Positions 40,901 through 45,646 of a stretch of 64,000 nucleotides of DNA are shown here, piece by piece. Source of the stretch: Bacteroidota bacterium. GTDB lineage: Bacteria; Bacteroidota; Bacteroidia; M30B66. The notes beneath the pieces are model-generated. The model did not search any database and had not been told where the DNA came from. It saw nothing but the letters and a program-made list of their open reading frames with translations. Where the stretch lies: NCBI GenBank assembly GCA_027490225.1, contig JAIXYK010000031.1, positions 19,354 to 83,353 of the forward strand, given 5' to 3'. The position numbers and the translations under genes were made by a program. Every line of letters starts with the position of its first letter. The stretch's first letter is position 1.

Positions 40901-43844
40901 ATGAACCAGCAGGAATTGTCGCAGGGAACTGAGCAGAGCCAGTAGAAGTTGCGGTAAAAGGATTAGAACCAGCAAGTGTAGTTGCAACTTGTGTCCAAGA
41001 AGAGGCGTTGTAAAAACCCATATAAGGAGTAACTCCTGCATTATAATTTGTTCCAACATCACCTGAATTGTATTGTCCAACCACAGGCGTTAAATTACTA
41101 TTACCTGCAACAGCTTCTGTAATATACCAACTTCTAAGTACTGTGCTTGTAGGATCTGCAGCATTTGGAGGATTTCCATCAGCTACTCTTATTCCATAAG
41201 TATCACTTGTTCCTGTATTTGTAAATGTTATTGGGTTATATACCGAATTACCAACAGGGAAAACAACAGCGGTACCTGCTACAATTTGTCTTAACTGACC
41301 GGTATTGCTTGTTCTTACATAGCTGGTTGAACTTCCGCTGGCTGTAGTACCAACTGTCATATTATTTGTACCCAACACAAAAAATCCTGCAGTAAGTGTT
41401 AACGTATTATTTACAATGACCGGAATTCCAAGCGTTACAGTTGTACTTCCAGTTTTATCGATGAGCAACCAATCGAACGTAACATTTGCATTTGTGCTTG
41501 TTATATTTTGTGCGTTACCTAAAACAAAGAATACTGCTCTAGAATTATTCACTAAAGAGCCATTCATTGCAAAATTACCACCTAAATATAAATCACCAGC
41601 ACTTGCATTTAAAGTTAAAGTTGTACTTGCATTAACAGTAATGTTTCCCGGCGCACCTCTTCCTCCTGCAAGGGTAAGATTAGTACCTGCATTTTGAATA
41701 ATAACATTTGCAGGAATACCAAAACCAACAGCAACAGTTGTAGATGCACCACCTGTCCATTCGTTGCTCGTTCCATAAGGCCCTCCTGTATTGTATACCA
41801 AAGTAGAAGAAGCACCGTAATTAGGGGAATTTGTGCTAATACTTCCTCCTGAATTAATTTGTAATGTACCATTAATAGTAGTTACAGCAGCTCCTGGATT
41901 TAAACTACCTGATGAAACGACAACCGTAATACTTGTTCCAATGGTTAATGTACCAGATGAGCTTCCACTTATTGTTTTATTATTAGTTACAGCAATTGTA
42001 GCTGCTGAACTTGAAGTAATATTTTTAACAGTTCCACCAGTAGCTCCATTTGCCAATATATTTCCACCTGAATTATTTAAAGTAAGCGTTCTTCCATTTA
42101 AATCTAATGAGCCTGCGTTTAAGAATTGTAACACATCACCTGCGGTAGTATTTATTGTAACATTTGTAGATGAAGCAATTTGCACAGACCCTGCAGATTT
42201 TCCTATCAATAAATAATCGAAAAACTGAGTACCACTTCCTGCGGTTATTACAGATGTACCTGTTCCTGTAAAGTAAACTGCTCTTGTATTGTTTGTCCAA
42301 GTACTACCGTTATTAGTTAGATTACCTCCTAAATACAAATCACCTGATGTTGCGTTGAGCACCATACCACAGGATGCGTTAACAGTTACATTTCCCGGAA
42401 CTCCTCTGCCGCCGGCTAGGGTAAGCGTACCAGTTTGAACAGTAACATTTGCGGGTATTCCAGAGCCTGCTGCAACAGACGCAATTGCCCCTCCAGTCCA
42501 CTCATTAGATGTACCATAGGTGGTGTTATAAATTAAAGTTGAAGAAGAACCATAAGTTGGTGTAGTTTGAAAATTACCACCATTTATTTGTGTTGTTCCG
42601 TTTAAAGTTAAGGCTGTTCCCTGCACCGCATTTGTTCCCGTAACTAGCAAAAAAGTTCCAGTTGTCCCGCTGGAAGGAACAGTTCGCGCAACACCCATAT
42701 TAATTCCTCCGCCACCTTGCACGGTAACATTCGCAGGCCCATTTGTGGCAGGCCAATACGTGTGTCCTGCGTTAATTGGACCATAAGGACCTGATGTATT
42801 ATTATATACTAAAGTACTTGAAGTACCGTAAGTCCAAGTTCCTCCTGACGCAAAACCTCCTTGATTTATTTGAAAAGTTCCATTAATAGTTGCTGTTCCT
42901 GTAATTGTTAAAGAAGCATCCACTATTAAAGTTCCACCTAAATCTACTGTAACATTGGCAAGTTGTTGAGCAGTAGTAATTCTCATGGTTGCACCACTAT
43001 TTACTACTATGCTATTACCAACTGGGATTGTTGTGCCTCCAGTTCGGTTTAGTTGCATCGTTCCTCCATTAACTGTTGTTAAACCTGTATACGAATTAGC
43101 ACCTGTTAGCAAAAGAATACCTGCTCCAGTACCAACTTTTCTTAATGGATTTGCGCCGGTAATTGCAGAACTGATAGTTATACCCCCAGCTGCGTCAATT
43201 GCAATAACATTAGCTGTAGCATTACCCAAACCAATGTTTAAATTTTGTGTTCCGTTTGCAATGGTGTGAGTAGTAGCGCTATTGTTTCTTATAATAGTAT
43301 TTGCGATTGTATTTATTGTTGTTCCATTAAGCGTCAAAGTTCCTGCTGCAGTTCCTGAGCTATTATTTACAGTTCTAGCAGTGGTCGCAGAAGCTCCAAA
43401 ATGAATGGATCCTATGCTTGAATTTGCACCTGGGATTCCATTCATGTTTATTCCAGAAGTTGGCTGAGTATTTAAATTAAAAAATGCTTCAGCTGCTGTT
43501 CCTGATGGTACACCACCAGAAGACCAATTTCCTGCAGTTAGCCACGCTCCGCTGCTGGCACCAGACCAAACACTTTGCCCCCAGCTCGCATTGCTGATTA
43601 AAACAAGCGTTGCTGCAAGTAAAAAGCTCCGGTTCGCCATCCGTTTTAATCGGAAATTGCTTTTTTGGAGGTGAGTTTTGTTTTGGGAGGTTGATTTTAA
43701 ATTTGCTACTGGCAAAAGTTCAACATTGGTAGTGTTGAAGATGGTAAGCAGTAGGTTTTTTAAAGTAGAAATCATTCTCATAGTTGGTGGGATTGATGTT
43801 GGAGGTTTGGGCTTTTTTGTTTGGTAGTTTCTTTTTAAAATCAA
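25914..43844 (-). CDS. Giant (~5.9-kaa) T9SS-secreted surface/adhesin-like beta-strand repeat protein; true start probably ATG 43781/43775 or 43640
   Basis: 17.9-kb uninterrupted ORF, T/G/N/S/A-rich, with signal peptide ..NASWG-Q. Contains an autotransporter-type PATR motif (TGANSYTGLTTVNGGTMQL), FN3-like, choice-of-anchor D (PEINITGN..FTIQNTG..SNDSDE) and two IPT/TIG-like domains. Ends in PLPVELLSF..YYRL.QVD plus a CTD (VFPNP..GKYLL). Confidence 0.9.
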   Translation of the reverse strand: MILKRNYQTKKPKPPTSIPPTMRMISTLKNLLLTIFNTTNVELLPVANLKSTSQNKTHLQKSNFRLKRMANRSFLLAATLVLISNASWGQSVWSGASSGAWLTAGNWSSGGVPSGTAAEAFFNLNTQPTSGINMNGIPGANSSIGSIHFGASATTARTVNNSSGTAAGTLTLNGTTINTIANTIIRNNSATTHTIANGTQNLNIGLGNATANVIAIDAAGGITISSAITGANPLRKVGTGAGILLLTGANSYTGLTTVNGGTMQLNRTGGTTIPVGNSIVVNSGATMRITTAQQLANVTVDLGGTLIVDASLTITGTATINGTFQINQGGFASGGTWTYGTSSTLVYNNTSGPYGPINAGHTYWPATNGPANVTVQGGGGINMGVARTVPSSGTTGTFLLVTGTNAVQGTALTLNGTTQINGGNFQTTPTYGSSSTLIYNTTYGTSNEWTGGAIASVAAGSGIPANVTVQTGTLTLAGGRGVPGNVTVNASCGMVLNATSGDLYLGGNLTNNGSTWTNNTRAVYFTGTGTSVITAGSGTQFFDYLLIGKSAGSVQIASSTNVTINTTAGDVLQFLNAGSLDLNGRTLTLNNSGGNILANGATGGTVKNITSSSAATIAVTNNKTISGSSSGTLTIGTSITVVVSSGSLNPGAAVTTINGTLQINSGGSISTNSPNYGASSTLVYNTGGPYGTSNEWTGGASTTVAVGFGIPANVIIQNAGTNLTLAGGRGAPGNITVNASTTLTLNASAGDLYLGGNFAMNGSLVNNSRAVFFVLGNAQNITSTNANVTFDWLLIDKTGSTTVTLGIPVIVNNTLTLTAGFFVLGTNNMTVGTTASGSSTSYVRTSNTGQLRQIVAGTAVVFPVGNSVYNPITFTNTGTSDTYGIRVADGNPPNAADPTSTVLRSWYITEAVAGNSNLTPVVGQYNSGDVGTNYNAGVTPYMGFYNASSWTQVATTLAGSNPFTATSTGSAQFPATIPAGSYIVIGKDNAFISPSSIAISNSAPAASNQNAGTNDVVLQRLDLAVTVANTSLTGLNVTTAGSYISADITNLKVRYSTDNILDVGDATLSTLTTPGVSGAKVFPSFTSQALISGATYYIFITADIAPAATGGNTINLGTTAFSNISFSSGTKTGTDPVAAGGVQTFVSTSPSIAISNSAPASSNQNAGTNDVVLQRLDFAVTVAGTTFNGLTVTTTGTYASADIINLKVRYSTDNILDGGDATLSTLTTPGVAGSKVFPSFTAQALAIGTYYIFITADIASTATGGNTIGLGNTAFSNISFTSGTETGTDPVAASNTVTIVNPAIAISNSSPAASSHIPSSTDIVLNRFDFAVTSSNATLTGITVTTAGTYTSADVVNLKVRYSTDATLDGGDATLSTFTTPGVAGSKVFPSFTSQVINAGTTGYIFITADISATATPNNTISLGTTAFSNLTFTLGNKTGTNPVAAGNTRTFIKAEPTNYPTLFACGTTTATSIPLTWTDASTGILPDGYLIQWSNTSYASITAPSDGTPVADLANATLGARNVAQGVGNYTIPSLTSGTTYFMRIWSYTNSGSNINYKLVGEPQTSCATTTAPVTIWTNPIAGTNPGAANPYTTGQTVDPLIAVSGIGMGPGIANATANDRYNANGWNTGALDANDYFSLTLTPNTGYQINFNNLVYTSQASGTGPTNIAIRSSVDGYTANIGTPSITGTTISLTAGTYQNINSAITFRVYAWGGTGGTFSINDFTFTGNVVSLGTITTGTIGGGTTTYCAGVAGVSVPFTYSPAGNFPNGVANFTAQLSDASGLFGSPVNLQSVTSNASGSQSISVTIPSGTLTGTGYRIRVVSTSPTVNGIANVTNLTINNSITSITPAGAQTLVTSTNGATLTVNEGHTFSSRQWKYGTAPGGPYGTNLGTAQTQVPNFASAGTYYIVCESTYPAPCSNTVTSNEVVFTVNNPAPEINITGNSVNIVDGDNTPSLTDHTTFVNTAWGATATRTFTIQNTGSSTLNISGVSPYVLISGSNPSNFSITTPPSNSIAAGSSTTFVVTFTPNAVASFDAILTIPSNDSDEPNYAFYIQGVGTASNLSDVSFNSGSAVSTNANIDYISYQGTVLSNTGTGVNGSAGVMGFFLRDGGATLTDADNLGTELTGITFSVTNPGSIRSARLFNGASPLGAAVTVSGTSPIVFSGLTGVSVADNAQLALSLRVTFNAPVTDNQQMQFTVTSVTSAVSGSSAFAAGNGGGATSSTTGDINRIEVTADRLAFLVQPITTTVSTNMATVTVRGTDLGSSLDLDYTGSIDITSTGSLTGTPVNASAVAGVATYSTLNHSATGTNLTLTATTTGLAFSNTIGSDPFDIVSTPLNSYRTTASGLWNSNTALPAIWERLTAGWTASNSPAYGTSNNVYIRNGHTLTTNGAFGNTVNLIIESGGTLIVDHPSTAASILVRSGGTLQVNASFTIAIGGTFTVEDNADVFLNFAFGNPSTSIWQGNENFGALSNLNIWNWDDAQPLINGNVTANTYSGYSAAFGNVYIDIAGASGIGANWTLLGSSTGTINLTHGNFEFDSPDGFDIRFFTTIGGSATVGIQGDLVLNSGWSSARNVALTTSTATLVMNLKGNLVHNSPGTFTVRASNSISGSATFNIDGNIVMNGAGTAATTRFWLNQNAYGTANGALGIVNLKGNITVGANPILGNLGAIADQQFNFTGTTTQLVNIASVVSGSGSAGVPMAIKANAIVQLNTNNLTLNNNSSLVVEANGTLDFGFNGTTALLVNQPGTPTGTNTFNSAQGSILKITSPDGIVGTVTANLGNVQLPVSNKTFNNTATFWYIGKANQVTGNALTVGSTGKVVISDLDLDTYTLTLSNNIGISNGTLVDALGGKLDIRRGIVVGTNSADFSGTGRLVMSGGTYRIQSNSATVPFLSNYANYSLTGGTVELNATGNQTLSGAPPAYYNIAATGSNTFGTDFKGVSSALIVNNNVLVSGTSVFDLQSNGMTGAAGLTMTGGRLRMAKLNVTLPEITGVATPYAISGGIVELYGSATGQTHSIRGTYNAGASNVSYFNVELNSASASVGALLANVVAQAGFSVQDVFNVNSPTCFQLGSGFTISDAGVTSTFNVNAGATLKYGGTIDASGATGNLRTDIRNLPTTASYGFVGSISPQTVGTGLPATMVNLYMDKDLATNVVTLAGNATVSNQLVLGTGILDAVSNTVFVSNTATTGITGASANSFVSGRLNRSLPASLLTGTTYNFPVGKQSPITYLPANLVNPTTGTGAVSVTMEAFNTNSGGTPDPNSIGSLSTAEYWSLAATGNFNGSQFTLARPTAVSPLSSIGRSTTTATGTYVFIGGTPSGSQIANSNFSAGNTQFLAFANPIAPPTITLVQGTSPTFAPQADYTGYVGQTLTITGTNFTSTAGMTVSIGGLAATTFTVVNSTTITAVVAQAASGATVVVTNTVTSGTTNAAFTFLGWISDASTDWGTGSTWLGGVVPPASVAVTIAHAVTANGVVANNPNTLTIRSGSSLTFGAAGTLTVNTTLTNGGSIIMTAGGILTMANASAFANGSATFTGGTGTVVFAGSCTVSTTGGIPFNNVTINSPINLGLSTSIAGTLRVNQGGSITTNALTYGTASTLSYNGVFTQTANALEFPSVNGPTNFTANNSSLVVLPFSRTVNGNVRVLSGTLRSNGAVTLSMTGASATLEVTGILLGTDAGIGNDMILDITGLVTVTGSNITVCKVYSTNVAAGATLALARNNFEVRYGAFDINSNSTLRMDANGNVAAFDANSRVPVYAATANLVYNSGTAYGRLVEWSTLSGPAGYPGNVIIQNGTTLNIGAPTTNLGIVNNLTLGVTGSAGSLNMQSTNQAITVGGNLTIGSDVATSTLTLSTNATSPGIRVAGNWNRNSFGSLVGTGANGRGVFFNGTGAQSITANGGETFQFLLIQKTVGSNLTLNDPVTVNSTLTLTSGNVILGSNDLRAATQASGSATSYAITNGSGRLRLDVGSSNILFPVGNSTYNPVTLNNSGTADVYGVIARDGAAGSEADASKIVLRNWDINEGTAGGSNLAVTAQWNAPVAQTGQEEINFVRGNAIKWIGNFTSGAWTNNAATLSGSDPYTYTASGITTVGIFEPGIENAFLQIPLITSYTPTTAYTGEVITITGLNLNALTSVTLGGSAAILTTPAATSTTAYYIVGSGASGNLVATNAVGSTPATVPFTYLGYITNNNTDWNTGSTWLGGNVPIANATTTVNHDITINGTVVNAPNTILVNATKSIAFGGGSIGVNTSLTNNGTINMTGGGTLTFSATDVLTNNGTFTGGTGNVVFSGTGTVNGTTACQFNNFTINGLATLTRVPTINGIFQINAGGTISAAPNYGASSTLMYNTGANYGRDLEWSTATGAGAPVNVQISGNTTLIPAKITNAYNSVVLNVGGNLTIDAGSNMYMDFGGNNMLVNLNVTGNLNLNGNLSASQASGRDIYVGGNWTNNGSGVNFFPNNRAVFLNGTSIQTVGGSNASLTSFAFLILNNASGANLSAAINVNNGLTLTNGILSIGNFNLNMASATITGASTTRFIQTNGTGYLRRVVSSVDLTFPVGISTSYAPAILNQAGTSETIGVRVKATPFDQSLADANQMVNLQWYLNESTAGANNLVTKFQWNNGTPNDEASGFLRANGVFHGNWISGSTYGVRPTALSGADPYLSTSTVNYTGNLSDQLFLVGNINGFTSCVQTANNGQWNDPNSWNLGGTIIPSPNSNVCILHNINILTTDPNPDVVNSLTLNAGGSLTVGAGKTITIANLGSVVNASGSNLNFGNGEVYCNGTVAIAGANSVTFNNLTLNGNTTLTTAPIISNALQLNASSFFVSGSPTYLSGASLIYNTGGAYNMSQEWTGNSLTAGSGIPSNVTIQGGTTVNFPTSNRGFGGNLNITNGTLNLNGTSGDLYIGGNWTRNNTAAFNPNNRAVFFNGSGTQTIEITGGGTATFDYLFVDKTAGTLVISNSTATNVSVTGPLGGNIFRLNNATSLDLNGRTLSFTGASAGNIITAGGINTIGGASGGLISISGGTKTVTATGGGTFNFGSNVTLALAGGLNFGTNLSTVNGTLQIALGGFVSTNAPFYGTNSTLRYFSGSAYTRGTEWSATAGAGYPFNVTIDPNGSNTTLNMGSSAANQTIAGNLTINAGAASPGAGLNMQTMTGFLGVAGNVVVNNAGVLTLSTVVGGDIKVAGNFTRNTGGTLTQNNREVEMNGTTLQTINGVNGFAYLAINNTGSTVQISANTTVSNRLRLTNGTLDLNSLSVTMSNGSEIYRTNSTATMNAEASLTSGDVYDVRYAGTLTTGNEFSSNNTFVRDLIIESGALPTMGASRTVNRNVRLAGDLNLGTFTLTHRGRNATLGAAGSIEITSGNRNITGSAGCIYDVIGIGGNNPVEFTKQVTNPGGGTLNVGADVLMRIADGRMDFGSGSPTTINGTLQVALGGSVNPNPCYYGVGSTLRFANTVDYQVPAADITWSTGAIASGLPGIPWNVDINDTGTDLQLQDTRALRNNLTITNGTFTLTPAYTGSFNIGGNWTRTGASSAFNHNSKKVTFDRQSAGNQAITVGSGVSSETFYDLEVSTLTGDVQLGTSSNVNILNNLNFVNGRFNLNGVNNLIIGNSSANGTITGFGAGRYVISNGGNLRRYTNSNATYDFPVGDNATYSPAQLVLTNGGQANAYIDSKVVNAIHPNMTAPVPTRYIARYWSIEPTGLAGIPLYNINYTYSAADEVGTGVMYPVKYSTTNPVPGWFSCPGSSAVAITGTAGADDNVLKTFSWSGLTTFSDFTGAGNGSPLPVELLSFDAVPVNNAEVLVTWTTASEINNDQFIVERSLDAVNFEFVGEVNGAGNSNFTRNYTLTDVKPYNGVSYYRLRQVDFNGEQETFTPVAVFLTGAVGSSMNVFPNPATETATLNINGQYKGKAVLQIIDITGRNISKQQINLTEGSNAIKLDVDGLANGKYLLHVTLSDGTRMNKPLIINK
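39489..40859 (-). repeat. Three tandem ~152-155-aa intragenic repeats in the giant gene
   Basis: Units start at 40859, 40394 and 39938 and share IAISNS.PA.S..NLKVRYSTD..LD.GDATLST.TTPGV.G.KVFPSFT..YIFITADI. Confidence 0.9.
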
Positions 43845-44092
43845 TTAATTACGGGCAGAAAATTGATGAAGATGAGTTTTGCTAGTAATGTCATGGTGAT
43901 AATTTTTGTTCAAGATGTTAAAAGTAAGTTAATTTTATGTTTTGTACAAATTATTAAGTAACTGAAATTTAATATATTATGAACAAATGTTTAACAATAG
44001 AGTGAGAATGCAGTCAATATGGGTGTTTGACGGTGTTAGAATGACACAGTATGGATTGCGGGGGGTGATGTAAGGAATTGTTTTAGTTTTGA

Positions 44093-44239
44093 GTAAAAAG
44101 CATAAAGTTGAAAGCATAAAGTTGAAAGTATAAAGTTGAAAGTATAAAGGGGAAAGGGGAAAGGTGAAAGGCGAAAGTATAAAGTTGAAAGTATAAAGTT
44201 GAAAGTATAAAGTTGAAAGTATAAAGGGAATAGGAGAAA
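44093..44239 (+). repeat. Array of 21 phased heptamers (G-NNN-AAA)
   Basis: GTAAAAA (GCATAAA GTTGAAA)x2 GTATAAA GTTGAAA GTATAAA GGGGAAA x2 GGTGAAA GGCGAAA (GTATAAA GTTGAAA)x3 GTATAAA GGGAATA GGAGAAA. Confidence 0.95.
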
Positions 44240-44418
44240 CGCGGTGGTTGGTGGGATGAAACTAAATTCATTTAAATTTATCCTATTTAAATGCTACATT
44301 TTAGAATTATAATTTCATTGTTTTTATACATTAATTTTTTGCATTTATTTTTTAAAAATGATTTTTAATAATGCGATTTATTAACCTTTATTTGAATGAT
44401 TATATGCGCATAAATGCT

Positions 44419-44512
44419 GCGTTAAGGATTGAGTGAAGGCTCCGCCGAGCGAAAGCCTGACCGCGCAATGGCGCTTTGGTTTGTGAGCTGGAAATTGCGG
44501 GGTAACGCCCAA
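44419..44512 (+). ncRNA. Structured intergenic element, Flavo-1-like RNA motif (copy C, most compact)
   Basis: P1 GCGTT(44419-23)/AACGC(44504-08). P2 AGG(44425-27)/CCT(44456-58) flanks ATTGAGTG...AGCGAAAG. Hairpin GGC-TCC-GCC, stem CGCAAT/ATTGCG, 3' CCAA. Confidence 0.7.
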
Positions 44513-44661
44513 ATGAAATATGCTATTAAATACTTGAATATAATTGTTTTGAAAACGATTTAATTCGTGATTTGAGTTTTATGTGTTAATTAAAAGTGTT
44601 ATTGTTTGAAATTTGTTTTAAAATTCGATTTGAAATGCGAAGTGCATGTTACAATTTCTTT

Positions 44662-44669
44662 TATTTTTG
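44662..44669 (+). promoter_or_regulatory. -7 box TATTTTTG upstream of rhodanese-like gene
   Basis: TAnnTTTG 14 nt before ATG 44684. Confidence 0.5.
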
Positions 44670-44683
44670 CAATTCAAAATTTT

Positions 44684-45124
44684 ATGGTAATGATTCTAAA
44701 AAAGTATATTTTATTGGTGTTAAGTATTTTGATGCTGGGAACAGTTTTGGAAGCACAGCAAGATCCTTGGACTAAAAGCCAATTAATTACCCCGGATGCG
44801 CTTGCTCAGAAATTGAAAAGCACAGGCAAAGATGTTCCTGTAATATTGAATTTTGGAGTTGAAAGGAATATTAAAAATGCTATTGAAATTGGCTTGGTTA
44901 GTTCCCCGAAAGTAGCCGAAAAATTCAAAGCAGATGCTGCAAAGATGGATAAGAAAAAGGAAACGGTTATTTATTGCGGCTGTTGTACCATGGAAAATTG
45001 TCCGAATGTTAGAAATTCATTTAATAAATTGAAGGAATTAGGATTTACGAATATTAAAGTATTGAATATTCCAACTGATTTGAATGTTGATTGGATAGAA
45101 AAAGGTTATCCAATGAAACAATAA
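44684..45124 (+). CDS. Exported rhodanese-like domain protein with YCGCC..CPN motif
   Basis: Signal peptide (LEA-QQ), DPW..SQLI.P..LA, VIYCGCCTMENCPNVR, GFTNIKVL, DW..KGYP; start at 44684 or 44690. Confidence 0.8.
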   Translation: MVMILKKYILLVLSILMLGTVLEAQQDPWTKSQLITPDALAQKLKSTGKDVPVILNFGVERNIKNAIEIGLVSSPKVAEKFKADAAKMDKKKETVIYCGCCTMENCPNVRNSFNKLKELGFTNIKVLNIPTDLNVDWIEKGYPMKQ

Positions 45125-45612
45125 TGAACGAAGAAATAAATAATTATCAACGTTTAATTTCTTTAGCAAATTCAGTTTTCGAAACGAAAAACGACCCGCA
45201 TCAATTGGATGTAAATGAGGAAGTAATGGAAAGATTAGCTGCTATTCATCCTTCGTGTTTGTCTGAATTTGACGAAGGTGACGGACCTCTTTCTTGGGTG
45301 TTGGTATTTCCAACAAGCAATATTTTAAGAGATAGATTTTTGAAGAATGAAATAACTGAAAAAGAATTATTTTATTTAACTGAAATTGGTGTTAAATATG
45401 ATGCAATTTATTTGTGTTCTGCCTTGGTATTAGAAGAATATAGAAAAAAAGGAATTGCCAAACAATTGACATTAAACGCAATTAAAAATATTCAAAAAGA
45501 GCATACAATTACTTCTTTATTTTACTGGGCATTTACAGAAGAGGGTAGATGGGCTGCAGAAAGTATTGCAAAAGCTGCTGGACTTGACTTATTAGAAAGC
45601 ACAAGCAATTAG
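45124..45612 (+). CDS. GNAT-fold acetyltransferase-like protein
   Basis: IYLCSALVLEEYRKKGIAKQL (motif A, V...YRxxGIA). ATG 45124 overlaps the upstream TAA (TAATG). Confidence 0.7.
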   Translation: MNEEINNYQRLISLANSVFETKNDPHQLDVNEEVMERLAAIHPSCLSEFDEGDGPLSWVLVFPTSNILRDRFLKNEITEKELFYLTEIGVKYDAIYLCSALVLEEYRKKGIAKQLTLNAIKNIQKEHTITSLFYWAFTEEGRWAAESIAKAAGLDLLESTSN

Positions 45613-45646
45613 TTAAGAAAGAATTAATTATTTAATAGATTAATTT

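Noticed and set aside
26485-43269. Many plus-strand ORFs antisense to the giant gene (and similarly within the S8 gene)
   Set aside because: Shadow ORFs caused by the Thr/Gly/Asn/Ala codon bias of the real gene; Val/Pro/Leu-rich with no motifs.
44093-44239. Heptamer arrays as CRISPR arrays or as coding (track ORF 44083-44271)
   Set aside because: Units are 7 nt with no unique spacers and there are no cas genes. The ORF is a by-product of the repeat (recurring LYTF/FILSTLYFQ).
44419-44512. Structured elements as hammerhead ribozymes or riboswitches
   Set aside because: GAAA-like and TGA-like segments occur, but there is no CUGANGA core in a three-way junction. Positions (convergent junction, between terminators) are not consistently 5' UTR.
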